A DNA stretch of 64,000 nucleotides from a virus, in IMG/VR virus record IMGVR_UViG_3300017613_002557, positions 26,005-90,004 of that record. One strand, written 5' to 3'. Below the pieces are notes generated by a model. That model did no database searches. It had not been told where the DNA came from and worked only from the letters and a program-made list of their open reading frames with translations. Of the stretch, positions 8,369 through 18,733 are shown piece after piece; position 1 is the first letter of the stretch; the number at the start of each line of letters is the position of its first letter. The position numbers were made by a program, and so were the translations under genes.

Positions 8369-9046
8369 TTACACCGGAGGTTCTGCTTTTGCAAAGCCAC
8401 TATTGTTAATCACCATCCAGCCTGTCGTTGAACCGGCTGGAACCAACTCACAATATTGATAGTCTGTGCCACTACTCTCAATATCATCAGTGTCCGTGTC
8501 ACTCCCCAATGTGATATTGTCGCTTCCACTGGCCTCTATTGTGACTTCAGCACTATTACGAGCCCAAACTGTGATTCTTCCGGTTTCACCTGCTGAAAAC
8601 CCGGAAAGTGCAGGCAATGTAATCGTCGTTGATCCATACACTTCAATAATAATCCCGGCCTTGATCTCATCGACCGTAACCGACTTTGTGCTATTCGTTT
8701 CAACATATTCATTGGCAGCACCACTTCCAACTTCATACGAAGTAGATCCGCCATCGTTTGTAAACGTCCACACACCACCAACGACCGAAATCAGGTTTTG
8801 ATCGTCAGATGACTCAAGCTCGTCTAGTTGAATTGTCTGAACACCGGCTGCATCAGAGACAGTTCCGGGAATGAGAAGATCCCGCATGACAGCCGATGTG
8901 CTGCCATCAGAGACAAGAACATTGGTAACTCGCGATCTTGGCTGATCCCCTTCAGGAAGTGAACGAAGAAGCGGCCACCCTTCATAACATCCGGATAGAA
9001 TAATTATACACACCAAACATATTGCTATATGCCCTAATTTTTTCAT
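8369..9046 (-). CDS. Putative lipoprotein, acidic and S/T/G-rich (virion- or surface-like)
   Basis: MKKLGHIAICLVCIIILSG-C lipobox; GAGGG RBS. Confidence 0.65.
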   Translation of the reverse strand: MKKLGHIAICLVCIIILSGCYEGWPLLRSLPEGDQPRSRVTNVLVSDGSTSAVMRDLLIPGTVSDAAGVQTIQLDELESSDDQNLISVVGGVWTFTNDGGSTSYEVGSGAANEYVETNSTKSVTVDEIKAGIIIEVYGSTTITLPALSGFSAGETGRITVWARNSAEVTIEASGSDNITLGSDTDTDDIESSGTDYQYCELVPAGSTTGWMVINNSGFAKAEPPV

Positions 9047-9057
9047 AATCCCCTCTC

Positions 9058-10821
9058 TTATGGTCCACCACCAAAACAATCATCAGTGCCATCAACGGTG
9101 CTGTCAACACCAGCGCCGTCACACAAACATAGGTGATCGTCTGTGTCATTATAAAAAATCGTACCCTCTGTCAATGTGCCACACGGATCTGCTGTATATT
9201 TAGACAATTCTACGACAAAAATATCCAGCGTGGCAGTTCCGTCACTTTCTGTAATCGACACCTCATCATCATCAAAGACAATCGCAACTGTGTTTGATGA
9301 TGTTGTTGTGCCATTGGACACCGAGAGATCCCAGACGGGCGTCGTTTCAAACAGGATCTCAACGACAAGATCGGCTGATGCAGTCGGGGCGGACTCAACC
9401 TCCATCTGCAGAACACTGGGCTCAAGCACAATCGTATCAACAAGATCCGTGCTCGTGTCCGTCTGGTTTGTCCCACTGTTCGCCGTAATTGTGGGTTTTG
9501 TTCCGCCAGCCGCGTATAAGCTTGTTCCGTCACGTAAAAGATCAACCACGAGATTTGATCCGCCCGTTCCGGTATCCTCCAGGACGGCAGATACGTTGAC
9601 AATGTTTCCAGGAATATACGTTTTACGAGGCAGGTCGAGCGTTCCGGTCGTTACGCTTCCGGAAACCTTCCAGACTGCTTTTGAATACGTGCGCTGCTCC
9701 TCATGTTCGACTAATAAGGTGACACTTAAGTCCTCAGCACCCGTAGGGACAGACTCAATTTCCATCGACACAAGATTTGTTGACGAAATTGCGGTGGTGT
9801 CAAAATCAGACGTGCTGTCGCTTTGTCTGGATCCTGAATTTGCAGTGATCGAAAGCTTTGTCCCACCAGCACCTACAAAACTCGTGCCGCTTTCATTATT
9901 GATGTCAACCACAAGATTCGATCCGCCCGTTCCGGTATCCTCCAGGACGGCAGTTGCATATTGAATGGTAGAGGTAAGTCCTGGAAAACGAAATAAGTCA
10001 AGAACCGTTCCGGTTGTCAAGTTCCCGGATACCGTCCATGTGTAGGCTGTCAACGCTTGAGTTTGATAAACCCTGATCAATGCCTCAACAACAAGATTTT
10101 CTGAGCCTGTCGGATAGGTTTCTATCTCAGCCGTTAGCAAGTCACTCGCTGTGATTAACGGATCATCAAACGACAGTACAAGTGATGATTCTGTTGAACT
10201 GCCAGCACTCACAGACGGTTTCGTCGCCGTTCCGATCATGCTGGATCCGTCATTAAGAATGTCAATGACCAGATCATTCCCGGAATCGCCGGTATCATCA
10301 AGATACGCACTGAGCGCAACAAGCTGAGACTTAACGCCAGGAAATCGAGGTAAGTCAAATTCTCCGGTCGCCGCCAGCGGCCCTGAAATAGTCCAGGTAT
10401 AGTACACATACACTCCGGATGATCCAATTCCGCTTGACTCACCCCCGGATGACCCGGACGCCCCCCCAATATTCAGCCATGTTTCTCCGGCATTTTTGTA
10501 CTGAACCACGCCTGAATAGTTCCTAAACTGGATATTTCTTGCTGGATTTGAATACTCGACTGTAAGCGTTTCCTCAAGCGTGTCTACGGACACTTCCGCT
10601 GTGCCACCGGCTACATCAAAGTTCTGTGTATCAAATTCCCTGATGATGTTTCCAGATGTATCGGCTAAAACAGAACGACGCGCCGTTACATCACCTTCAA
10701 TATCTATAATAACGGGTGCAGTCCGGATGTCTTCTATTTGCCGCGAAAGGTAGACATGATCAGCAGCTATACCGACAATCAGGGCGATGCCTATAACAAT
10801 CGTAATGATCGCACGTTTCAT
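9058..10821 (-). CDS. Tail-fibre/structural-like protein with an N-terminal hydrophobic segment and three ~120-aa repeats
   Basis: WT(I/V)SG...DL(P/F)R...LEDTGTGGSNLVVD...TKP recurs three times; an identical 34-bp DNA repeat at 9557-9590 and 9920-9953. Confidence 0.65.
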   Translation of the reverse strand: MKRAIITIVIGIALIVGIAADHVYLSRQIEDIRTAPVIIDIEGDVTARRSVLADTSGNIIREFDTQNFDVAGGTAEVSVDTLEETLTVEYSNPARNIQFRNYSGVVQYKNAGETWLNIGGASGSSGGESSGIGSSGVYVYYTWTISGPLAATGEFDLPRFPGVKSQLVALSAYLDDTGDSGNDLVIDILNDGSSMIGTATKPSVSAGSSTESSLVLSFDDPLITASDLLTAEIETYPTGSENLVVEALIRVYQTQALTAYTWTVSGNLTTGTVLDLFRFPGLTSTIQYATAVLEDTGTGGSNLVVDINNESGTSFVGAGGTKLSITANSGSRQSDSTSDFDTTAISSTNLVSMEIESVPTGAEDLSVTLLVEHEEQRTYSKAVWKVSGSVTTGTLDLPRKTYIPGNIVNVSAVLEDTGTGGSNLVVDLLRDGTSLYAAGGTKPTITANSGTNQTDTSTDLVDTIVLEPSVLQMEVESAPTASADLVVEILFETTPVWDLSVSNGTTTSSNTVAIVFDDDEVSITESDGTATLDIFVVELSKYTADPCGTLTEGTIFYNDTDDHLCLCDGAGVDSTVDGTDDCFGGGP

Positions 10822-10823
10822 TG

Positions 10824-11246
10824 TTATCCCTCACTTGCAGCGACAACTTCAGCTTTGAATTCATTAAACGTCCTGTCTGCTCTATACGTCGGATTCGCTT
10901 TGATGATTTCAGCCGCTATCGGTAATAAATCGGCTGCTTCCATGTCAGCATACATGGCTCGCTGTGCCGCTGTCATTGGAATATCGTTCATCAGGTATTG
11001 GTAAAGCGTGGTTCTCCATGTTGATTGCGGAATAGTTGGCGTCTCAAGAACAAGACTGAGTCCTTTGGCTTCGAGTGCAAGTGCGACACGTTTAACAAGA
11101 CGCGAGTATACTGGCTTATATCCATACATTATGAACACAATGAGGATATTTCCCCACTGCTCGATCAGCTTTGCAAAATTGTCCATTAAGTTAGCTTTTG
11201 TGACGACAATCGGTGTCGAAATTATTGGCTTTGTAAAAAGTCCCAT
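10824..11246 (-). CDS. Hypothetical protein
   Basis: GAGG RBS, within an operon. Confidence 0.65.
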   Translation of the reverse strand: MGLFTKPIISTPIVVTKANLMDNFAKLIEQWGNILIVFIMYGYKPVYSRLVKRVALALEAKGLSLVLETPTIPQSTWRTTLYQYLMNDIPMTAAQRAMYADMEAADLLPIAAEIIKANPTYRADRTFNEFKAEVVAASEG

Positions 11247-11260
11247 GTTGTTTTCCTCTC

Positions 11261-11755
11261 TTATCTTAAAACGTACTCAAATTCATCAATCTGACCGGCA
11301 GTCGCGCCAGCAGTTCCAGCCTGTACGTATAAAGCGATTGCCGGAGTAGATCCGTCAAGATCAACCTCAAGAATATAGGTGTCGTCCGCATCAACATCAA
11401 GTTCAAAATAGGACTCGGCTGTCGCATCGAGTGTCGAAAGACGAAGCCTAATCTTATTCGGATCAAAATACCCCTCAAGCCCACCAACCTCACTTAATGC
11501 CGATACACGGATCCTGACATTTTCAGCGTCGTTAATATCAACCACAATCCAACCCTTAAACGACATCCTATCAATCGTGAGGATGTCTGACCCTAATTGT
11601 ACCCAGGATGCTGTAATATCCTGGGCCGCAGCGATCAACGGGACCGGGCTGGCTGATAATAGAAAGGCTTCATTTAGCTGGTTTGTCTCAAGACCTGTAT
11701 CTTCTGCCGAGAGTGATGAACTCCCAGTACTTCGTCTTGGTGTTACATTTATCAT
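11261..11755 (-). CDS. Hypothetical virion-like acidic beta protein
   Basis: ATGA overlap with the upstream gene. Confidence 0.65.
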   Translation of the reverse strand: MINVTPRRSTGSSSLSAEDTGLETNQLNEAFLLSASPVPLIAAAQDITASWVQLGSDILTIDRMSFKGWIVVDINDAENVRIRVSALSEVGGLEGYFDPNKIRLRLSTLDATAESYFELDVDADDTYILEVDLDGSTPAIALYVQAGTAGATAGQIDEFEYVLR

Positions 11756-12174
11756 GGCGTTACCTCGTCGATTTTAATTCCGATCACACCACTGTTTGTG
11801 GCGTCCGTCGCGGTAATTTTTAAAGCAATGCGCAATCCGGCAACATCCTCACAGATTGTTATGTTGTGGTATGGCGCTGTAATAGACTGTAGTTCATCAT
11901 CATCATCCAGCGCATCATCACCAAAAATCAGATCGCTTCCGGTAATCCAATCACCATAGTCAGTAAGTGCGCTGTCAGGAAGAATTGTTACCAATGCGTC
12001 TAGCGTACATCCAGCTACTAGAAACGGTTCAACAACAAGCGCGCCGGTCACATCTGGCAGCACAACATAGTGTGCCTCAACCGCAATATCTTCAAATGAC
12101 AACAAATAGACCCTACGGAATCCAATTTGCAGGTCGTTAAGTTCTGAGATTTTTACAAGATCATCCGCATCCAT
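11752..12174 (-). CDS. Hypothetical virion-like acidic protein
   Basis: GAGGTG RBS. Confidence 0.65.
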   Translation of the reverse strand: MDADDLVKISELNDLQIGFRRVYLLSFEDIAVEAHYVVLPDVTGALVVEPFLVAGCTLDALVTILPDSALTDYGDWITGSDLIFGDDALDDDDELQSITAPYHNITICEDVAGLRIALKITATDATNSGVIGIKIDEVTP

Positions 12175-12215
12175 AGCTTCACCTCTATCTTTTGTACCAA
12201 GTTTGTATTAAAAAA

Positions 12216-13982
12216 TCAAGTCTGTGCCAATGACACATCAGTGATAATATCCCCATCAACATGTTCATGTGACGGAGGCAACATACCGTGTATCTCAATC
12301 AATAAATCACGAGCACGCAGCAGATAGCCAAGCGCGTGAAGATAATCGTCATTTCTGCCGGATCGTTTCTTCCATGTATATGAGGTTGTTTCCACACTTC
12401 CATCAATGGTCTGTACAACCGGGATCTTAACGTTGGATGTCATGTGAGCAATAAATTCTTTGTTGTGTCGCGCCGATTCCGGAAACCGGACGTCTCCGTT
12501 ACGCAGCGCATTAAAAATATCATCCAACAACAAATCTCGCGTGCAGTGAAGAACTCTTTTTGAACGAAACACGCGCTCTGCTCTTTTATAAAACGCAGAC
12601 CACAACAAAGGATATAGCCGCTCATCATTGGAAAGCTGTTCTCTAATAATGCGGCCACCCATGCCTTGAGCATCAAGTAGAGCAAGCCTGACTGCGAACG
12701 CCCCAAATGCAGTTTTTTTAAACTTCACCGTATCAACTTCTTTGCCAAGATACAGCACAGTAATGGAATAATCATTTTCAAGGCGTCCAACCATAAAATG
12801 CCACCACTGTGTTTTAATATCGCCACCAACCAGACACACGGCTCGTGACGATGTTGTGGCAGCATAAGAATCAATGCATGAGTACACAAGATCCGTCGTA
12901 ATGGAATCTGTGTCGCCTGCTTCGTATCCAATTCCAAGATTCGACCGATAAAACGCCTGCATTTTCTTTGGATTCTTTACAGCCTGTCCAAAAAACTCAC
13001 GCTCCATTTCACGTATGATGGTACGGCCAGGAAGACTTACCATCATACGTGAGATTTGGTAACTTTCTACGTCACGTCCCGGCTCCTTAGCAACCCACTC
13101 AGCCATAGGAGTCAAACGATCCATTGTGCCTGAGCACTGCTCACATACATAGGGGATGTCCTCATGTTCCGGAATGGTTGCATGATCAACAACGCTTTCG
13201 TATGTTATCCGATCAACCTTTCTCACAAATCCCGTAAACCAATTAAGTTGTTGCCAGTGATTGCAGCGATGACACTTCACCATCCATACCCGCTGATCTC
13301 CAAGATGATACTCCCCATCGATCATCACATCAGCCGCATAGGGGTTCCCAAGTTTCGTGACATCGGGAGCATCAGCCCCCTTTTCACGGTCCTCAGCCTG
13401 GGCGACAATGTCTTCACCATTTTGCCGAATTAACGTGTCATACTCATCATAGATTAGCACGTCCATAGGAAACCCTTCGACGTATGTTTCTTGACTGGCA
13501 CCAACAAACATAGCAGTTCCGCTACCAAACGTTTTCATGATGGTGTTCGAGATTTGTGTCTCTGAGCTTGTCACAAGATGCCGGTAAAAAGGAGTGCGAC
13601 CAAGCAGCTTATCAACACGTTCTCGAACAAAAAGACGTGCGATGCTCAACGATGGTAGCATATATAGCACATTTCGACCCTCAGAGCACGGCACAAGCAC
13701 TTTCTTGATCAAGAATGTCTCTGTTTGAAGCACTTGAACGGCCTTCATAATTACGACACGTGGTGCGGTCGTATCGTAAATAGCATACAAAAAAGGATTG
13801 TTTGATAACGACAGGCGGCGATAGTTGCCGGTACGTTTATTTTTGCGGTGGGTAGAATGATGCCCAATTGCAAGACGACTGTGCGGCGAAAACCGATCAA
13901 TCGCATCCAGACCGTATTGTGTTGCTAAGATGAGATTATTGCGACTTGACAAATTTTTACTCTTTATGGATTCTTGAACCAT
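12216..13982 (-). CDS. Terminase large subunit, lambda GpA family
   Basis: VVIMKAVQVLQTE (GpA-type Walker A), LIYDEYD (Walker B), CHRC/CEQC zinc motifs, nuclease-like GGDI and DDYLHA; start uncertain (ORF is open to 14156). Confidence 0.88.
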   Translation of the reverse strand: MVQESIKSKNLSSRNNLILATQYGLDAIDRFSPHSRLAIGHHSTHRKNKRTGNYRRLSLSNNPFLYAIYDTTAPRVVIMKAVQVLQTETFLIKKVLVPCSEGRNVLYMLPSLSIARLFVRERVDKLLGRTPFYRHLVTSSETQISNTIMKTFGSGTAMFVGASQETYVEGFPMDVLIYDEYDTLIRQNGEDIVAQAEDREKGADAPDVTKLGNPYAADVMIDGEYHLGDQRVWMVKCHRCNHWQQLNWFTGFVRKVDRITYESVVDHATIPEHEDIPYVCEQCSGTMDRLTPMAEWVAKEPGRDVESYQISRMMVSLPGRTIIREMEREFFGQAVKNPKKMQAFYRSNLGIGYEAGDTDSITTDLVYSCIDSYAATTSSRAVCLVGGDIKTQWWHFMVGRLENDYSITVLYLGKEVDTVKFKKTAFGAFAVRLALLDAQGMGGRIIREQLSNDERLYPLLWSAFYKRAERVFRSKRVLHCTRDLLLDDIFNALRNGDVRFPESARHNKEFIAHMTSNVKIPVVQTIDGSVETTSYTWKKRSGRNDDYLHALGYLLRARDLLIEIHGMLPPSHEHVDGDIITDVSLAQT

Positions 13983-14030
13983 ACGTGTAGTTATACCGAT
14001 ATTGGAAGAAAAGTCAAGAAGAGGAGTGCC

Positions 14031-14819
14031 ATGGCGCAATTTGTTAGAATACCAAAAGACGAGGATCTTAACACCCAGGAAGTCCTGTGGAGAGATGAAC
14101 ACGATCCGGAACATAAGCTGAATCTGAATCAAGTCCAGTTCAGAACGAAACAACACGCCAAGTTTATGTTACAAGCCGAGGAACGCAAAGAACGCGAGTT
14201 GGCACTTAAAGAAAAAGCGCATGATCTTGTCATGAAAAAACAGGAAGCTAAGGAAGATGCAGTTTTGAGAAGAGATGAGTTCAAACAAAACGAACTGTTA
14301 CGAGATCGCATTGAGCGCATTCAGCATGAATTACACGAAGAACGTACAAAAAATTCGCAAAAACCAACAAGCGTGTCGGTTGAGGAATTTATGGCGTCTG
14401 CCAGGGATCTCTCAGAAAAAGCTACCGTAGATGATCTTATGCAAGTGCTCCAGGCCCGAATGATTATGGCCTCACAGCACATGGAATTACGACCGCAAGA
14501 TTATATCGCCTCGGTAAAAATGCTCCGCGAACTCACACGAGAAGAAAACCCGGTAGAAGTACAAGACCCATACGAGCTGACAATACTCGATGATGAAGAA
14601 CTCTGCGAAGTTTTTATTGAGACTCTTTTGGTCCACTTTAGGCATTGGGAATCACAGCAGCAGCCTGAAGTGCGCCTCCATTGGATCCCAACGTTCATAC
14701 GTGAACTTATTTTGACGATTGTGTTGAATCGCGAGTGCCCGGAATTGTTAAAAGATGTCTCTATGTGTGTCAACGTATCTGTAGCCGCAAGAAGTGGAAA
14801 GCAAGACACAGAAATTTGA
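14031..14819 (+). CDS. Hypothetical coiled-coil protein (possible small terminase, divergently transcribed)
   Basis: GAGGAG RBS; the functional guess rests only on adjacency to the terminase. Confidence 0.55.
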   Translation: MAQFVRIPKDEDLNTQEVLWRDEHDPEHKLNLNQVQFRTKQHAKFMLQAEERKERELALKEKAHDLVMKKQEAKEDAVLRRDEFKQNELLRDRIERIQHELHEERTKNSQKPTSVSVEEFMASARDLSEKATVDDLMQVLQARMIMASQHMELRPQDYIASVKMLRELTREENPVEVQDPYELTILDDEELCEVFIETLLVHFRHWESQQQPEVRLHWIPTFIRELILTIVLNRECPELLKDVSMCVNVSVAARSGKQDTEI

Positions 14820-14894
14820 CTTTTTTTCCATGTCTGCCTATACTTTTGTCAGAATAGCACAATATACACATATTTCTATACAGGGGGATACACC

Positions 14895-16352
14895 ATGAAA
14901 GAAAATATCCATCGATTGATTTTTCAATCATTAGGTCAAAAGAAACGCCATGAGCCACAAATTGTGACTGCCTTTCTTGCTGACTTATCATCTCGTGGAA
15001 TCACAGAGAACCTTGAGGAGATTAAATGCGCTTTTGTTGAAGCATTGGCATCTTTCGATGCTCTCGGTTTCGAGGCATCTGTTGAAGAGACAGATAATGA
15101 CAAAATGGATCCGGTTTCAAAGATCAAGGCGGCGGTCGTGGCATACCTCGCTGCAAAAAAAACACCGGCAGCATCCATCTTACCGCCAATTGAGTTCCCT
15201 GCTTTGATGGACACAGAGGCGTTAAATGCGGTAGTTGATACGCTGAAAGAAAAAATACATGCATCAGACGAGTATGTCACAGCATTAAAAACCGCTATTG
15301 AGAATCTTGACACGTTTACGGTCAAAGAACTCGATGCGATCTGTTTTACCCCGAAGGCACTTTTGACGCACATCTCAACAAGTGAGATTATCAATCTGTC
15401 GGAAAACCATGAGGGGATTGCTGAAGACGTACTTCTGCACGCATTAGAACCGCTGTTTGAAAAAACAATCGCAGCGTATGTAAGTGCTGGATTTGAAGTA
15501 CAGGACGGAAAAATCAGGAAAACAGGCGGTGACGTGGATGAATGGATCGTTCCAACTGTTCTCACCGACACACAGGAGAAGAATACCGATACCGAAGAAG
15601 TCACGTTGTCACATGACGCTTGGATCTTTTTTGATAAAACGTTTCTCTCAGAGGCCATGCGTGTTGAGGTGATCGAAGGGCTTGCGGCATACAATACGAT
15701 ACATCCGGACGCCAGAATCTCAGAGGGCACTGTCGTTCAGACGATCAAAGCAGTCCTGTCAAAAGTGCCGATCATGAAAGTCAAACAGTTGGACAGCGCG
15801 GTCTGCACAAAAGTGTCGTCATTCAACGCGATTGATGCCGATCTGTTCGCAGGATCTCTGTCAGCACTTGCCGAATACACACAGAAACAGGTGGCCCTGT
15901 TGTTAGAGCAGTGCGTTCAGGATGCGGTCAACCTCAGTGTGCTGATTGCACAACAAGCAGGCTTAACTTACGACACAACAACCGGCACGTTTTTGAAGGA
16001 TGATGAGGTACAAGAGCCACAAACCTCAATGTCACTGACATTTCTGAGCCGACCACAGAAATACATCAGTGAAATGCACCTGATGTATCTCAAGGACGTT
16101 GCCCTGGAAATGGTGTGGAACGCACTTGGAGAGCAATGGAAAGAACATCTCCAGCAAGGTGAAGCCGAAGAGATGATGTTTTCGCTCGATCAAATGCTGC
16201 TCGATGCATACGCCACCTTACTTGAGACAACAGGGATCGTTTCAAGAAAGGATCTTCATAAAAGCATCGACGTACATTTAGACGCACTGAGCAAGAAACT
16301 GCCAGAAGGATCCCATAAAAAGATGTTCGCACTCATTACATCGGTGCTGTAG
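14895..16352 (+). CDS. Hypothetical acidic helical protein
   Basis: 485-aa ORF with a GGGGGA RBS. Confidence 0.75.
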   Translation: MKENIHRLIFQSLGQKKRHEPQIVTAFLADLSSRGITENLEEIKCAFVEALASFDALGFEASVEETDNDKMDPVSKIKAAVVAYLAAKKTPAASILPPIEFPALMDTEALNAVVDTLKEKIHASDEYVTALKTAIENLDTFTVKELDAICFTPKALLTHISTSEIINLSENHEGIAEDVLLHALEPLFEKTIAAYVSAGFEVQDGKIRKTGGDVDEWIVPTVLTDTQEKNTDTEEVTLSHDAWIFFDKTFLSEAMRVEVIEGLAAYNTIHPDARISEGTVVQTIKAVLSKVPIMKVKQLDSAVCTKVSSFNAIDADLFAGSLSALAEYTQKQVALLLEQCVQDAVNLSVLIAQQAGLTYDTTTGTFLKDDEVQEPQTSMSLTFLSRPQKYISEMHLMYLKDVALEMVWNALGEQWKEHLQQGEAEEMMFSLDQMLLDAYATLLETTGIVSRKDLHKSIDVHLDALSKKLPEGSHKKMFALITSVL

Positions 16353-16365
16353 TCTTTTCTGTCTG

Positions 16366-16390
16366 TGGCGCACGACAGTGTCGTGCGCCA
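16366..16390 (+). terminator. Perfect hairpin, probable terminator
   Basis: TGGCGCACGACA-G-TGTCGTGCGCCA, followed by pyrimidine-rich sequence. Confidence 0.55.
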
Positions 16391-16474
16391 TCCTCGTCCA
16401 TTTTCGTCTTTTATTCTCCCTATCTACCGCTATATCTATATTTTTATCTTTTTAAGAAAAAATGTACTTTTTTC

Positions 16475-16503
16475 TTGACAAAGCCTTTTTTCTTTGCTAG
16501 ACT
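16475..16503 (+). promoter_or_regulatory. Sigma70-type promoter
   Basis: TTGACA-17-TAGACT with an extended TG; inverted repeat CTTTGCTA...TAGCAAAG overlaps the -10/+1 region. Confidence 0.7.
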
Positions 16504-16572
16504 CTCCTTGTTAGCAAAGAATAATAAGGGTAAATTTGTTTTCTAGCAAACCCAAAAAAGGAGGATGCAAAT

Positions 16573-17133
16573 ATGATCGAGCTTATGAGAACTCCGCAAC
16601 CATTACAGCAAATTCGAGAAAAAAAGCAGCGTAGACTCTCCGAGGATGCAAAGACGGTTTCTCTCTGTAGACCGCTTGTAAATACTTCTGTTGGAGGAAG
16701 AACAATCAGCGCAAACGATGTTGTGGCAGTAGAACGTGACGGAACCGGGGACCAGACGTTTTTTCTGCTGGAATCCTCTGAGCTTCGGCTACAAAACGAT
16801 GGGCTACTTTATTATATCACTTCAAACTGGTCATACAGAGAGGCTGAGCCTTGCCTTGAACGCTGCTATTGGGAACTGTCTACAATTGACGACTTTGCGG
16901 TGGATCAGGACGAAATGGATGATCAATGTGTCGTTGTGATTCAACACACGCTTGAAGATCCACTGAAAGAAGAGGCCCCATATTTGAAACTTGAATACGC
17001 ACAAAGAGATATTGAACCAATCGTCTTTTCATGTGCCCATGATGCCGAAGAGTGGATCCAAGAATACTTACATGACTACGGACGCATTCGTGGAGAACAC
17101 AGCGATCCAAGATGCGCGGTGTGGCCAGTGTAA
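16573..17133 (+). CDS. Hypothetical protein
   Basis: AAGGAGG RBS. Confidence 0.75.
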   Translation: MIELMRTPQPLQQIREKKQRRLSEDAKTVSLCRPLVNTSVGGRTISANDVVAVERDGTGDQTFFLLESSELRLQNDGLLYYITSNWSYREAEPCLERCYWELSTIDDFAVDQDEMDDQCVVVIQHTLEDPLKEEAPYLKLEYAQRDIEPIVFSCAHDAEEWIQEYLHDYGRIRGEHSDPRCAVWPV

Positions 17134-17157
17134 CTCTCAGGAAAGAGAAAAACAACA

Positions 17158-17322
17158 ATGTCAAAAGGAATAAGGAACGATGAAGAACGCAGGATGTGAG
17201 TACTAAACGATGAGTACCTGTACAACATGTTCTGTGCATCGAAACATACAAGTGAAATGGCGTTTGTGCGAAACAACAGAAAGCTCATCGACAATTATAT
17301 TGATGGCGTGCTTACTCGATAG
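17158..17322 (+). pseudogene. Small phage gene interrupted by an in-frame TGA (17197-17199)
   Basis: Reads MSKGIRNDEERRM*VLNDEYLYNMF...LTR* in one frame. Confidence 0.55.
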
Positions 17323-17354
17323 GTTGCGCCGGAACACACCCAAAAGGAAACATT

Positions 17355-17507
17355 ATGAAAAAACAATTCAGTAGAAGAAAGACGACACGCAAACAAAAAA
17401 CCATCCTCAATGAATTCGGCGCCGATAAGAAGAAAAAGGGACGTCGCAAGGGGGCATCACAGACGACAGAGAAATTGCTCAAAACTGTCGAACAACAGAC
17501 GACGTAA
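17355..17507 (+). CDS. Small basic protein, 50 aa (not in ORF track)
   Basis: AAGGA RBS; MKKQFSRRKTTRKQK...; the next gene's RBS overlaps its stop. Confidence 0.6.
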   Translation: MKKQFSRRKTTRKQKTILNEFGADKKKKGRRKGASQTTEKLLKTVEQQTT

Positions 17508-17515
17508 AGGAGTTT

Positions 17516-18124
17516 ATGGATACCTATTTACTTGAGCTGTTTTGCGCCAATACGAGAGTCCAGCATACGACAACAGCACTTGAAGGCGTATATGCCGTAG
17601 GAGACAGCAAGTTTTTTCGGGAGTTTAGCGGGAAAACACGCGGGGCCTGTTACGATCTGGCTGAGGCGAACAAGTGGAAGATCAGCCGACTGTTCAAAAT
17701 CGGGGTGTGCCCCGTGTGCAGATCACATGGAATATATCCCTATACCATCGTCATACAGCGCATCCTCGGAATCGTTGATGTTATGACGAGCATCGTCTTT
17801 ACATCGCCAACCACACAGACGTCCAGAAAACCACATCTTATAACGGATGAACAGGAGATTATGCGGTATCTGCTTTCTCAGGATGAACTGACAATTCCTG
17901 TGGTCCTTTGCCTGCCAGATCACACTTCGGCCCAGTCTATAACAGCTATCCTGCTGATGGCCGATTCTGACACGGCGGTCAAAAGCGATAGAATGATCGG
18001 CACGACAGGGCTGTGCTTCCAGTGCGAAGTCGAACGATCACAAGTTGCACAGTTCGCACATGTTCTGTGCAAAATGAACGGTGGGATCTATGTGGACAAC
18101 CTGCACCACGTGAACTATTTTTAA
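17516..18124 (+). CDS. Hypothetical protein
   Basis: AAGGAG RBS; CPVC motif. Confidence 0.7.
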   Translation: MDTYLLELFCANTRVQHTTTALEGVYAVGDSKFFREFSGKTRGACYDLAEANKWKISRLFKIGVCPVCRSHGIYPYTIVIQRILGIVDVMTSIVFTSPTTQTSRKPHLITDEQEIMRYLLSQDELTIPVVLCLPDHTSAQSITAILLMADSDTAVKSDRMIGTTGLCFQCEVERSQVAQFAHVLCKMNGGIYVDNLHHVNYF

Positions 18125-18136
18125 GAGGAGAATACT

Positions 18137-18733
18137 ATGATAACACACGGATTTTTCATCTGCCGAAATGACGATCCAAGCGTCGTGATCGACGGACCAT
18201 ATAAATTTGCCAGTGCAGCGGCAAATGTGATCGCCGCACAATATAGTGGTACAGTTTATGGAACTGCATCACGGTACGGACTCCGCGCACCATATCCGTT
18301 GACAGAAGTTGGCGATGACAAGCTTAAACAGGTACTCGCACAGAACTTAGGCGTAATTGTCACGGATAAATTCAATCATCCAAACTATTTTGGCGTGCCG
18401 AATATGGCAAGTCGATATAGCATGTTGGGACTCTATAACATCGGGCTGTATCTCGGTATAGAACAAGACCTTCTGAAAACTATCGTGGATCAGGACGCAA
18501 TTGATGAAATGAAACGTACCGCAAACCCTGTGACATTCGACATGTTTTTCGCCCTCTGCGTACCACCGGATGATGCACATGAAACACGGAATATCTATGG
18601 TGCTGATAAAGAATGCACGTGTATCAGCACGTTACAGACACTTCACACAAACATTTTGTCAGTGGCCTATGCCAGTCTAAATGAACAGACACTCTTCTGG
18701 ACACTGCACAGATCATGGGAGAATTTAGCATGA
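18137..18733 (+). CDS. Hypothetical protein
   Basis: GAGGAG RBS. Confidence 0.7.
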   Translation: MITHGFFICRNDDPSVVIDGPYKFASAAANVIAAQYSGTVYGTASRYGLRAPYPLTEVGDDKLKQVLAQNLGVIVTDKFNHPNYFGVPNMASRYSMLGLYNIGLYLGIEQDLLKTIVDQDAIDEMKRTANPVTFDMFFALCVPPDDAHETRNIYGADKECTCISTLQTLHTNILSVAYASLNEQTLFWTLHRSWENLA

